64,000 nt of DNA from Mytilus edulis (Eukaryota). Below the pieces are notes generated by a model. It did no database searches. It was not told the DNA's origin and saw only the letters and a list, made by a program, of their open reading frames with translations. Below are positions 27,401 through 39,600 of this stretch, one piece after another; position 1 is the stretch's first letter, and the number at the start of each line of letters is the position of its first letter. The position numbers and the translations under genes are program-made. The stretch lies in contig NC_092344.1 of assembly GCF_963676685.1 (NCBI RefSeq), positions 88,412,001 to 88,476,000 on the forward strand, read 5' to 3'.

Positions 27401-27853
27401 ATATATAATTTGTATACATCCTTTTATTTTTGGTTCTATTAAGTATCATAGTGAAAGAAATGAAGTTCTTATGTGTTCGTTTGTGTTAAATAGTTTGTCT
27501 CTAATTAAGACTGTTCTTGATGTTATTTGGTTTCTTGTGGCGAGTTTTCTCATTGGCAATCACACCACATCTTCTTATCTGTATGTTCTAATATTATTAT
27601 CGCCACTTCAAATGAATGTTCCAAGTCAGGAATTGTTTAACACTCAATCCGTTGGCATAAAGTTTTTTTTTATTTTTTCAGTTATTATAGAATTCCGCCT
27701 TTTGAATCTCGGAGTTGTGTTTTATTTTTTTAATGTATCCTTGATGCATATGTGTTTGTTTACTGTTTGTATAGCTTTTATATAATCATTCATTCCTTCG
27801 CTGAAAGCTTGGTTTGTTGAAATAACAAAGAAAAAGGTAACATTTTTTATAAA

Positions 27854-27859
27854 TTTATT
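27854..27859 (-). terminator. Candidate polyadenylation signal for the P450 mRNA
   Basis: AATAAA on the minus strand followed by U/GU-rich sequence, ~1.1 kb past the stop codon. An alternative AATAAA lies at 28202-28207. Confidence 0.3.
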
Positions 27860-28946
27860 ATTTAACAAACTTAACAGCTTGCTGTTTATAAAGCACCAAT
27901 GTAGACAATATACATTATACTTACACTCTATCTAAAAATACCATTGAGAGTTCGTTATCAGATTACAGATCATCGCTTGAATTGAACTTTTAGACAATCG
28001 TTTCAACATTTATGGACGATTGAGAGTCGTTCAGTCTTGCATATGAGAAGAGTATACATTGATCTGTAAACAGGTATCGATCTTTCATTGACATTTTTAA
28101 ACGAAGTATATTTTGGACGTAATAAATTAACAACCTCGAATCTACAGTCTTAAATGTCTGTTTGTTTCATTCGTTCACCTCAGTATTAATCAAAATACAA
28201 ATTTATTATGCATCATAGTATAAAAATTCTGAAGAAAAAAAGTAATCGTCTGAATTGAAACAAACAAACAAACAAACGGGTATAAATAAATAAATAAATA
28301 TTTCCGCAGATTCGAACCGAGTTGTTTTCAAATAAATAATATGAATTTTTACAAATGGATGAATGATATAAAATTGAATGGAATAAATTATGAAATTAGC
28401 ACTTTTCTTATAAAAACAATAAATGGAATTGTTCATGTTATAAAATAAATAAGGGTGGAATGTTTCTTGCGACTTGCTTTTATGGAAACAAATGGCAGTG
28501 GTGTATTTTAAATGCAGTTTGTTTTACCAGTAACAAAGTAATAAATAAATAATGATATGATTGATAATGAAAACATGATATTAATCAATTATAAATAATC
28601 AATCACAGCCAAAAACAAGCACTATCAACTTTTAACTCACTTACATACTTAACAAATACATGCACTCGCTACGTATATTCATTCTTATTTTTTAAGACAC
28701 ATTTGACCATTTACCCGTATGGCGTTCCAGGAAAGACTTCACGTTTATCACAACACAGTAACACAGCCATACAATGATTAATGAGTTACGGGACTTGTTT
28801 CTGTATAAAAATAAAATCTGCACATGTTAAAACAAATTTAACAAGTATACATCTCTTTGACTCACAACAGACATAAATCACATACACACAGCAATAAATT
28901 AAAGTTTTTGAGACATGTTTTCAAATGCAAAAGATGTTGTTTTGTG

Positions 28947-29234
28947 TTATAAAAACGACAATTTCTCAATGTTTTGTCTCAATTTGTATCGGATCTGCAC
29001 TTCTTTTGTTGGTGGAAGGATTTCATGTCCATAATAATTAATATCGGGTTGAGTTGATTCACCATCACACAGTTCCATGTCAAAAGAATACATGCTGGAT
29101 AACAAAAACCACTTTGACTGTACAATTGCGTATTTTTTCCCTGGACACAATGCACCAAATGCCATAACTGGATTTTTTACTTCTTTACCATATTTGTAAA
29201 ACTTAGCATCAACGAATCTGTCGTATTTGTATTC
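28947..29234 (-). CDS. Cytochrome P450, CYP7/CYP8 clan, terminal coding exon with heme-ligand Cys
   Basis: Acceptor TTTCAG|. Reads EYKYDRFVDAKFYKYGKEVKNPVMAFGALCPGKKYAIVQSKW...GHEILPP...LSFL*, with the meander motif (YDRF) and heme Cys (codon 426). Spliced CDS is 80+929+179+288=1476 nt. Confidence 0.95.
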   Translation of the reverse strand, partial: EYKYDRFVDAKFYKYGKEVKNPVMAFGALCPGKKYAIVQSKWFLLSSMYSFDMELCDGESTQPDINYYGHEILPPTKEVQIRYKLRQNIEKLSFL

Positions 29235-29527
29235 CTGAAATATAATAAAGAACCCATTAGCAATTAATCATACAAAAGTTATAATTGATATACATGTATT
29301 TTAACTTCCTAATATGATAATCAGCATGTGATAAATTGGAAAATAAAAACTTTCATCGGAAATGCGGGCGGTGAAGAATAAGTAATGAAATGTTTCAATC
29401 AATTTAAAGTTCAAGTGCTCCTCAATCTTTTTTTTCTCTAATTGTAGATTTTAGAAAAACTTTTCAAAAACCGGATGAATTGATTACAATAATATATCAA
29501 ATAAAATAAACATGTCAATATACTTAC

Positions 29528-29706
29528 ATCTGGGTTTTCGAAAATTTCTGGGTCTTTGTGCATTGCTGGTGGGTACATTGCTACTTTATCTCCTTTCCTG
29601 ACTGTAAAGTTCTGACCATTCTCCATCTCAAATTCTGTGTCTTCTAATACAGATCGTACCACAAACACACCACTAGATACTCTCAGAGTTTCGTTTACGA
29701 CACTGT
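29528..29706 (-). CDS. Cytochrome P450, CYP7/CYP8 clan, coding exon 3
   Basis: Acceptor CTACAG|. Reads (D)SVVNETLRVSSG...RKGDKVAMYPPAMHKDPEIFENPD, with the K-helix ExxR and HxDPEIF motifs. Donor GTAAGT at 29527; 179 nt, phases fit. Confidence 0.95.
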
Positions 29707-30064
29707 CTGTAGAATTAAAATATTTTTTATGATTTATTGTACATATGAAACTTTTGACTTCAGTTATTGACAATTTATAATTCAGATATGAAATACTTTT
29801 ATATTAAGTAAAAGAAATTTTTGAGGTACAAATACGTTAAACCGCAACTACATCAAATGTTATAAATCCAAATAAACAAAAATGTTCTCATGTGGTTTTT
29901 ATACGAGTTGCGTGTTATATTTGAATACTGAATGGGGCTTTAAAATAGTTTAATTTGCGTCATACTAAAGTATCGCACAATTTATTCAAGTTTGAAGTGC
30001 TAGTCGTGAGCGCCTTTTTAAATTCTAACAAATTTCAGACGAATTAGTAATATAATTAACTTAC

Positions 30065-30993
30065 CTAAAACTTTTAAAGAATCAATTTCTTCCATGCTGA
30101 AAACAATTTCTTCTTCGTCGTCGTCCATCTCTGCTCGTTTACATCGGACCACCTCGTCAATTTCCTTTCGTAATCCTTCTAGTGCTTCTCTGTTTTCCAA
30201 AAGTTTGTAAAGGCTCCAGAAGGCCAGTCGAAATGTATTGTAGTTAACGTGTAAATAAACCAAGTTGTGTCCGATAATGTCTTGTTCTGTTTGGTTATGC
30301 TCTAACATGAAATTGGTAGAAAATCGGAGGTATTCGGACAGATCGTCTCTTTGTAACAACTCTGCTGATGTTGGTTGATTACACAGCCCTTCTAATGCCT
30401 TCACAGCCTTTGGAAACAATTTAACAGGCATGCCTAACCACAAAAAGTTGAAATACTTGTGGAAAGTATCGAAATTTTTGTAAACGCTCAATGGTTTAAA
30501 TCTTGCATCACTCGCATCTCCTTTTCCGAAAATGGTGTAGAACAGTGAGGCGAATAATGTTTGAGAGTTGAATGAGCGAAGTCCTGCTGTTTTCCATTCA
30601 TCTGTGTGTTCACCTGTAGAAGACTGAGTAACTTCCGTGAATGTTTCGTTGAGATAGTTCGAAAATTGAGCCATTCCTTTGTTAAGATATGGTCCTCTCA
30701 CAGTTTTTCCGGCTTCCTTCAACATTTTACGCGCATTCACCAACTCGAAACTGAATACATTGTGGTTCACTTGCTTTTGGATCTTATCAAAGTCAAAATT
30801 TCTCTCTTTGACAAATTTTTCATACGAATGGGGATCCAATATAACGGTCATGTGTTGATTGAAAAGTCGAATAGTGAATATATCTCCGATTTTTTTCTGC
30901 GTAGAATGTAGAAATTTAACTGCGTTCTTTGAAAATTCTTCACCATTGCCCCAAAACCAATGTCCTGTTGGAATAGGAGGTTCATTTTCCCTT
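30065..30993 (-). CDS. Cytochrome P450, CYP7/CYP8 clan, coding exon 2
   Basis: Acceptor TTTCAG| at 30994. Reads (R)RENEPPIPTGHWFWGNG...GDIFTIRLFNQHMTVILDPH...FDTFHKYFNFLWLGMP...NTFRLAFW...LKVL, with the Pro-rich hinge and CYP7/8-type signatures. Donor G|GTAAGT at 30064; 929 nt. Confidence 0.95.
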
Positions 30994-31226
30994 CTGAAAT
31001 AAAAAATATGTAAACTTTATAAACTTATGTTTTCTATACATCATGTTTGCTTAATCCTATTCATAAAGTACTTGAAGGTTTTAAATCACTGTTGTGTTGT
31101 TTTATCTGTTTGTGCTAGAAATAATACGAGATTATCGCCATAGTTTTAAGTGATTACTGATGACTAATCTAAAATTCATAAACCACACCATATGAAAACT
31201 TTAAAAAAATTTAAAATTGTTCTTAC

Positions 31227-31306
31227 CTTTTCCTAAATAAGAATTTAAAGTAAGCGGCTACACACAGTGCCACTGCTATGGCCAAGTAAACTGTTAACGC
31301 AACCAT
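31227..31306 (-). CDS. Cytochrome P450, CYP7/CYP8 clan (CYP7A1/CYP8B1-like), coding exon 1 (membrane anchor)
   Basis: ATG at 31306 gives MVALTVYLAIAVALCVAAYFKFLFRK(R), a hydrophobic anchor followed by basic residues. 80 nt, ending at donor AG|GTAAGA (phase 2); splices in frame to the next exon. Confidence 0.9.
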
Positions 31307-31394
31307 CGTGATTCTTTGGCTTTATTCTATTGCTGTTTTCTTCTTCTTGTTTTTCTAGATTGATCAGTTTCCTGAGATTCTTTAATATTGTAGT
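31307..31394 (-). other. 5' UTR part of the ATG-containing exon of the P450 gene
   Basis: Strong acceptor TTTCTTTTGTTTTTAG| at 31395; no upstream ATG in this segment. Confidence 0.6.
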
Positions 31395-32123
31395 CTAAAA
31401 ACAAAAGAAACCAAATGTTATTAATGATATTATTTGACACCGTTCTTTTATTAGATTAGCTATAACATTTTCGTTAATGAAAGTGTTGTAATTGACATAT
31501 AAAATTGATATAAAAATCGTACTTTGTTAATCGACAAGTATCCAGACTTAAATATCATTATGATATCAATGAAAACGAAAATCTAATGAAACAATAGAAA
31601 AAAGTTGTTTGTAAAAACACTAAGCGACAGGGGATTTCCTCAACTTACTATTTATAAACTATAGCTGTTGCTTTGTTTAGTGTAATTTAAACAGGACGCG
31701 TTTCGTCATTAATTAAAAATAGCAACTTCTCATTCATAAAATAAGAATGAACTTAATCATACGGATTAAAATAAACCAAACCATGTGCATTGACGGTGAT
31801 TTCCCTGTCTATTGTAATGATCAATGTTTTTTTGTGAATGACATATCTTATCTAAATAATTTCCTTAAGGTTAGCAAAGATTTATTGAATCATATAATCG
31901 ATTGTCTATAACCGAAGTAATTGATGTCCTTATAACTTCCCACCTACTATTGGTTAAACACAGCTTTAACTGGCATTATGCAATGGTTAAACAAAGCTTC
32001 AATTTAAAACAAACAATCCCATCTGATAATGCAATTTTATAATTAAAAAAAATTGCTGAATAGTGATTATCGAAATGCATTTTTGAAACCAAAAACTATA
32101 GTTTAAGAATAAGTTTAACTTAC

Positions 32124-32252
32124 CTTATAATGTTGGCTGCTGAAACAATCTTTATAAATATTCCTTGTACTATTAAAATATTCACTTATAACTAAAGTCA
32201 CTGGTTAGTTATTCCAAACAAAGTGTTTCTCTTACTTTTATCGTAGTATTCT
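32124..32252 (-). other. Predicted non-coding first exon of the P450 gene
   Basis: Consensus donor AAG|GTAAGT at 32123. Starts ~30 nt downstream of a TATA box; contains no ATG. TSS is approximate. Confidence 0.55.
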
Positions 32253-32273
32253 GGTTTTCAAATTCACCGTTAT

Positions 32274-32430
32274 CCTTATTTATACACGTGCAGTTACCGT
32301 AGTACAACCTAGCGTAGCCATGATTGGTCGTCGTAAAACCGGAAAAGATCTACTTTACTCCGCCTTCCATTACTAATCGATAGCAGAATGATTTTTCATG
32401 AATGAAATATAATTTAGTAGCTCCGCCCAG
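32274..32430 (-). promoter_or_regulatory. Core/proximal promoter of the P450 gene (TATA, E-box, CCAAT, GC box)
   Basis: On the minus strand: TATAAATAAGG at 32284-32274, CACGTG at 32285-32290, CCAATCA at 32327-32321, GGGCGG at 32428-32423. Canonical order and spacing upstream of a consensus donor. Confidence 0.6.
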
Positions 32431-35400
32431 TTTTCTCACGCGATCTACTATTCTCATAACGTCTAGTTGTCATATCTCTATCATAACACTGACATTTAAC
32501 TGGAAATAAGGATTTAATAAACACATCATGTACGTACAATCAAATTACTGATCCAATTTAGATTTGATATTTTATGTGCGATTTTACTTTTTTCTCAATA
32601 TCAAACATGATATAGTTTCTGTTTTACTAACTATAACAGATTGTCGAATCTATTATTGTTCGTAAAACAGAAATTTGTACGGTTGGTTATAGTCAGATTG
32701 ATTGTATGTACGTGTCAGTAATTATAACATATATATTTCATAAAATCACAGCACATTACATTAAAGTAAAATAGACACCTGTAAAATTTCTACTGTTGAG
32801 TAGCTTAAGGCGACAACTTAAACCCTAATACGTGATTAATATGCGTTTGCTTTACGCCGTCTTACTACAAAATCACAGTTAGTGTATATGCCCTGATGCA
32901 TATGTTTAAACGATTTTCACCTAATTTCTTTACCTTCGATTTAAAACAATTGAGGTTAATTGACATTCATTTTAAATAAATAGAAAAATGAAAATCGCAA
33001 ATCGGACTGTTACGATGGTTAAGTATCAAATCATTAGTCCCGAATTGATAAGTAGTACAATTTCATGAAAGCCAAGAGAAGATAACGGGTGCTGAAAAAA
33101 GAAAAAGGTATGAAAGGGACGTAGAAAGTTAAGATAACTCTGGTATCTCTTTTTCTCCACGACACTCTTAACGTAACTTTAAGATAACTCTGGTATATCT
33201 ATATTCGTCAGGAATCTCTTCGGACCATTCTGCCATATGTTATGTCGGCCTATGTATCTATGGTCTGCCAGAGGTTCAGTCTTCTTTTTTAAAACTTGGT
33301 TAGTTTTTAACGGGTTAAAGAGAATGTCACTCGGGAAACCTTTGTATGTAGTTTTTGTTTGTGTGTTTAATTGTTTACTGCTGCTGTATATAAATCAACA
33401 CGTTCTTGGAATCAACCAAATTAAATAACGAAAAAAAAAATCGAATAGAAATCAAAATAAAAAATTACCGTAATATGATTTAAGACTATATATATTTTTC
33501 AATTTAGAACTAATTTGAAAAAGTGCAATATTTAATATACTTGTATAAAAAAAAAAAAATTGTTATCTATTTTATTTTTTAATCCGGTTTTCAAACTTTT
33601 AGCTTTCTTTATCACTTTTGTGCGGTTAAGAATGGCTAACGCTTGAAAAACAATAGAAATGGTAGACGCAAATGTCCTTTTCTTTCTTAATTTATTTACT
33701 GTTCACATTCACTAAAAACTTTAGAAAGCATAAAAAACACAGGGCTTATAGTTTAACTTAAGATAATGCTTTCTTATAAAGCATCGCTAAATTAATTTGT
33801 GTTTCCGCTAGTTTGCTCGCCGCTATTTCATAACTTCCAAATATATTGCGTCTTTTTTGCTGCTACTACCTTTTTCTTCTTTATTGCTGTTATTTTTTTA
33901 CTTCATTTTAATATCAAATCTAAAATCTCAAATGAAAAATAATAGTTTGCTCTCCAGATAAAAAAAACGAAACAAAAATTCATAAATATATATTATGTTC
34001 CTTTGCATATTTGGGCGCCTGTAAAACTAGAAAATAGAAAAATGAAAGACACTCCTGTTCTAAGATTCGAAGAGTAATAAATAAATTTCGTTTGTCAAAT
34101 GCATTATCAGAAAACTTCAGATTTTATTACTGAAAAATCAACCTTTAATTTTAATGCAAAACAAGACGAAATACTAAAACAAATTTATAACATGATGATG
34201 TTGTTTTATAATTGTGAATGTTGGTTTGGTTTCTATTTTTCTATTCTCTCTTTTCTTCTTTATCAAAAATAATTTTGAACTTTGTGTTAATTGTTAAAAT
34301 ATTTTTAACTTCGTTGTGATGTCAGACTTTAAGGAATTTGTTTGATTTTTCGTCACAGTATTAATAACGTTTATTATTTCCGATTTCTATCGGATGCGGA
34401 AGAGACGTCTAACTATTCAAGTGATCAGAGATTGACTCTGTTTAATACATTTTTATTAATTTTAAACAGCATATCACGACACAAACAGGGAAATTTTGTA
34501 ACTGAAAATGTGGATATAAATTCTAGGAATACCTCTCTGATAACAATTGAACAAATTTCTTGAGAGCCTATTAATATATATTGTGCCATGCAGAGTCTGT
34601 TATCTTTACGACTTTTACCGCGACGGACTTTTATAAAAATTTCTAAGAAAGTAACTGCATGTTCACTCAATGTTTGTTGAACTTTTTTTCAAATATACAT
34701 GAAAAATATATGACAAGAAAAATATTTTCAAACGCCATAAGCCTTCAACTGTCGACAAAATCAGGTAAAATATTGACCTATTGAAAACTAAACCTTTGTT
34801 TTCTGAACAAAATCTCAATAATAATATTAACGGTACCAATTTTCCTGTGACGAATTCGCATTCACACAATAAATGTAACGTCAGTGATGCTTGATGTTCA
34901 ACACCAAATTATTATGAAAATCCGTAATTTAAAAAGACGGAGCGCTTATAAACCAAAGAGGGACAGAAATAGCAAATTTCAAAAAGACACACATCCCAAT
35001 CAAATAATAATATTAAAGGGATGCAATAAGCTTCAAGCACCGAAAAAGACAAAACTTTAAGACTTAAACTGTTTCACACACAAGGTTTAATATGACCTTT
35101 CATTTTAAAACTCTATAACCAGAACTATTGGAATCCTCATGAACTTATGCTAATGGTGCCGCACCAAAGGAGTGATTTATATGCGGGACATCGGTAATAC
35201 TAAATGCAAAATTAAGAAAAAAATATTTTTATCTTATTTCCAATTTCCAAAGAATGTTTTTAATATATTCAGGATTATTTTAGGCAACTTGAACAGTTTT
35301 AATTCTATTCATATTTCGATTGCAATTAGTGGAACAGTGACTGGTATGCCTGTCTTGGATCAACTAAATTCATATCATGTTCTTAGATTGGTCCGTGAAG

Positions 35401-38400
35401 TTCAAACCTCAGTTTAGTGTATCTTGTTGAATGTTTTTTTTACTTCTGTTTTTGCTCTCCGATTAATTGTTTCAGATTGTCCCTATCATCTCTTTCTACT
35501 TTTCATACATGCTGCTTGGGGTCCTAAACATCTAGCTTGGAAGGCTGCACCAAAACATGAGTGTTTCAAAAAGTATCTATTTGTTATATAGACTTTTTAT
35601 TCAAGAATATCTCTATAAAGAAGTACACACTGAGGCACTCATACTTATTCTTGGCAATTTCATTTCTTGAGACTAGTCTAGTTATTGTGGGTTGAATGAG
35701 CTATTGTTTTCTTGTATTATTTGGATCAAGCCTTTTCATCAAATATTTTTGTTAAGATTTATACTCAATATGTTTCACAACAAAAACCACCCCGAGTCAA
35801 ACAAGAAAATGCATAGGAAACTATGGCATTGTTTATTCACCCTCTGTTTCGGACTTTTCATCGCCATTTCCCTAAATCCGTTTTCATTGAAATATAACTT
35901 TATTGTATATAAATACAACATGTACCAGAATTGTAGTTATTTGTTATTTCCTGTAACCTGGGAAAGGTTTAAAACTTTGGTGAAGTTTTTACTACAATAA
36001 TTTTATTTATCTATATATACCGTTACCGTTCAAATAAAATATTGTTTGGAATATGCAAGAAACGAAAGAAGAAAAAAACGGAAGAAAAACAATAAGGTCT
36101 TTCCTTTGTAGAGGAAAGACCTTAATAAAGAAAACCAACGAAAGCATGCAGTACAGATTATGGGAGGTATAGAGTGTTCCTGAATTTTATCTTTGGTTGG
36201 CAATCTGATGGGATAATGCACGTATCCATATAATAAAACACTTCCCAATGCAAAGAAAAAAGAAAAGAAGACAAGATGGGTCTTTATCTTTGTCTTCATA
36301 TTTTAGACGAATAAAATATAACATTTTCCGATAAAAGTTTTTTTCTGTTCTTCTTCCCTCTAAAATGTTAAGTGTACTTTGCGAGAATCACAGACAGCTT
36401 GAAGTCTACAGTAACCCCTGCAGAGAGAAAAACAATTCCTTATTGACACCCATGGTGTTAATACCCCCTACGAGCTTTATGCATAATATATTGATGTAAT
36501 ATAACGATTGAGTTGATTGACTGACGAAATTGTTCTACCTGTATTGTAAAACCTTGAACAATATATTACATAGGGGAAACATTAAGATGAGCGAAAAATT
36601 GACTTTAATTACGAGTAAAAATTATTTATGCATATTTTTTTGGTTTAAAAAAGACAACCTACGGTTTTTAAAAAGTATTTTTCTTTATTGTCCATGTAAT
36701 AACCCAAATACAATTTAAAAAGGCCTAGGTCGACCCTCAATTTAAATGTTATCGAAAGTCAACATTGAAACACATTGAATGATGTATTGTTAAAGTTTAC
36801 TATGCGGAAACTATTCATAAGATGTTGTTTGTGAAGACCGGTTATAGATGTAGGACGTTTATATTGAGCATTGATATGAGCAATCAGGTCTTCGATCGAC
36901 TAACCTTGATTAATCATCCAAAATCAATTGGTCAATCCTCGAGTGAGGGGGTTGAAAATCATCGTTCCTGATTTCTTGAGGATTAAAAATAAGAAGTATG
37001 TGGGGGATAACACGCACCTGATTATTGTGCAGTTTGTATATGTTATGTTTGTTATATTACAGCTAACAATTACTCAGCACGTCTGTTCCATTATTGTGCA
37101 TATGTTTTGATCCTTCCCCAATTAACTGTACTTCCGACTGCACAGCATGGGTCAGTTCATCTTGGAAGCTGGATATTTTGCATTGTCAATTTTACGCTTT
37201 GACAAACGAATTGTCAATCATGATAGGAAATAGAATAACCATGAATAAGCGCAAATAGTTTGATTTTTAAATTTAATGCTTTTCCCTAATACTGTAATAC
37301 ATGCAAATCTTACATTTACCAATCGAAATGCAATAGGCTCTTTCTTTATTAACTGATTGTGAATTTCTGCCAAAAAATAAATCTTTGTCATTCTGCACTG
37401 AAAAATTTCGTATCGTGTAAACGAAGGTCCCATGGGCAGTTATAGAAGTACTTTGTCTTTAAATATTGCAATCTTTTCACATATTTTTAAAAGTTCTGAA
37501 GCAAAAATGCGCATAACATGCATTTTTCTTAAGGAAGTAAAATATGGTATATCGAAAAGGTAATCATGATTACCAGCCACGAGAGAAAACAAGTTAGCTT
37601 GTATACTTGTATCCCAGACTTATAAACATACACTTAGAATAATATTGATAAGAGCTTATACTGTGAATTGACTTTGTGGTGTAAACTTGTTCCTTAATTC
37701 TACCGATATTTGTTTTGTCGATTTTCATTTCTACAGTTTTTGTAAACATACACGACACCCCTTTTTAAAATTTACTTCCAAATAAATATGTACTTTATTT
37801 TATGTAATTAAATCGATTCTATAAATAATAAACATATTTACTTATTACGTTTCTTAAAGAAGATCACAGATTACAGATTAAGGTCAATAAATTGTGTCAA
37901 ATTCAATTTTTAAATTAACTAGGATATTAGTGAATGAATAGAAATGAAGGACTTCCTGATTGAAAGAATCATTGACTTATTTGGGCACATCCTTATTTGC
38001 ATAAGTCACAGATAGTAAAGGGTGACAAGGGTAGTTTTGTATATGTCAGAAGAATATTTATGAATGGATTTGATGTTATCGTCAAACTTGTATAATGTAC
38101 AATATTAAGTTATATTTTCGTCAATAAAAATACATACAAATAGATATTTATATAAAAAACAGACTATTTTATAAAGGTAAACAGAAGCGATTATTAAAAA
38201 CTAAGTCGTTAGATAATTTGTTTAATGACCTACATTTTGATTGTATGGCCTTTATTTGGAGGAAAAAGTTGTGTTATTACTACTTTTACTGATAACATAT
38301 TTCTTTGATTAGAAAAAAGTAAAACGTAAACGCTTAAAAAAAAAAGAAGTAAAATCACAACAATACTGAACTTAGGGGTAAATCAAATCGGAAAGTCTCT

Positions 38401-38767
38401 AATCACATGGCAAAATCAAATGACAAAACACATCAAAAACTAGACTAAAAGCTGACTGAGAGATAAGAAAAATCAGGGTTTTTGATGATTCTGATGTCAA
38501 CGTATATATGACATGGCATCACTTAATGGACAGAACACATACTTTTGGAAAGAAAGGACATAGATATATGGTATCTTAAGCGTAATAAAGTATTTATTGA
38601 CCTCAGATCTGTGGAAAGGACAAGATGTTAGGCTTGATATGTATTTGACTCTTACAATAGAAATTAGTTAAAGTTTAGTATTATACTTTGAAAGAACTTT
38701 GCAAAACATAAACATTGATAAAAATCATATACCAGCAGTGCAAATTAACAGAACAAGACAATTTATA

Positions 38768-39600
38768 GATAGATATAAGAAGATGTGGTATGATTGCTAA
38801 TGAGACAACTCTCCATCCAAGTCACAACTTGTAAAATGTAATCATTATAGGTCAAAGTACGGTCGTCAACACGGAACCTTTATTTACATATCTGTTTTAA
38901 TAATAATAATAAAAAAAGAAGAGCATAATACAAATAAAAAACAACAACACAATTTGTTTAATCAACCTAATATTCCAAATAGAGACCTTAGGATCGTCCA
39001 TTAGTGAATCATATATAGACATCAATCTTCAAGAATATGTTTCATTTAGTAATTAATTAATTTTCTCCTGACGAATTCATGACTCAACATTAATACTCTG
39101 CATCAATTTCTAACTGACAGATGCTATGGTAAACACTAACTTGTAACAATGAATTCATTATTGGACAAGATCAAACTATATGCTTTAACATTAGAAAAAA
39201 AAACAAAATTGAGAGGGGAGCGCTTACAGTATAAAAATAAGGAGATACAGTATGATTTTGAATGAGACAACTATCCATCAAAGTTCTGTCAAATGCAGTA
39301 TGTTTGACCCTGCACCTTTCTTTGCGAGTTCCATGTCATGTTCATATAATTCAGTGACTGTTGTTGTTTGCTGTTTGTCATATTTATATTTCATATACTA
39401 ATATGGTCGTTGGTTTTTCTTGTTTGAATTGTTTTTAATTTTGGCATGACGAAGTATTTCATATCTTACTCTGCGGTATCTTTTGGTACTTGTACGGTCA
39501 CCTACAATTGACTACACCAACGCTCTTTGGTCTTTAGTGGATAGTTGTCACATTGGAAATCATACCCTATATCCCTTTTTTTTTCTTTTTTTTTTTTATT
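38768..39600. repeat. Cluster of SINE-like family 1 fragments in both orientations (38768-38880 -, 39235-39285 -, 39298-39600 +)
   Basis: GAAGATGTGGTATGATTGCTAATGAGACAACTCTCC and the inverse GTGGATAGTTGTCACATTGGAAATCATACC. Confidence 0.6.

Noticed and set aside
27384-27785. 133-aa hydrophobic ORF
   Set aside because: T-rich sequence made partly of SINE-like fragments; a typical spurious ORF.
30606-30911. 101-aa plus-strand ORF
   Set aside because: Antisense shadow of the P450 coding exon.
33129-33196. 18-bp direct repeat TTAAGATAACTCTGGTAT ~0.9 kb upstream of the P450 promoter
   Set aside because: Single small local duplication with no evidence of function.
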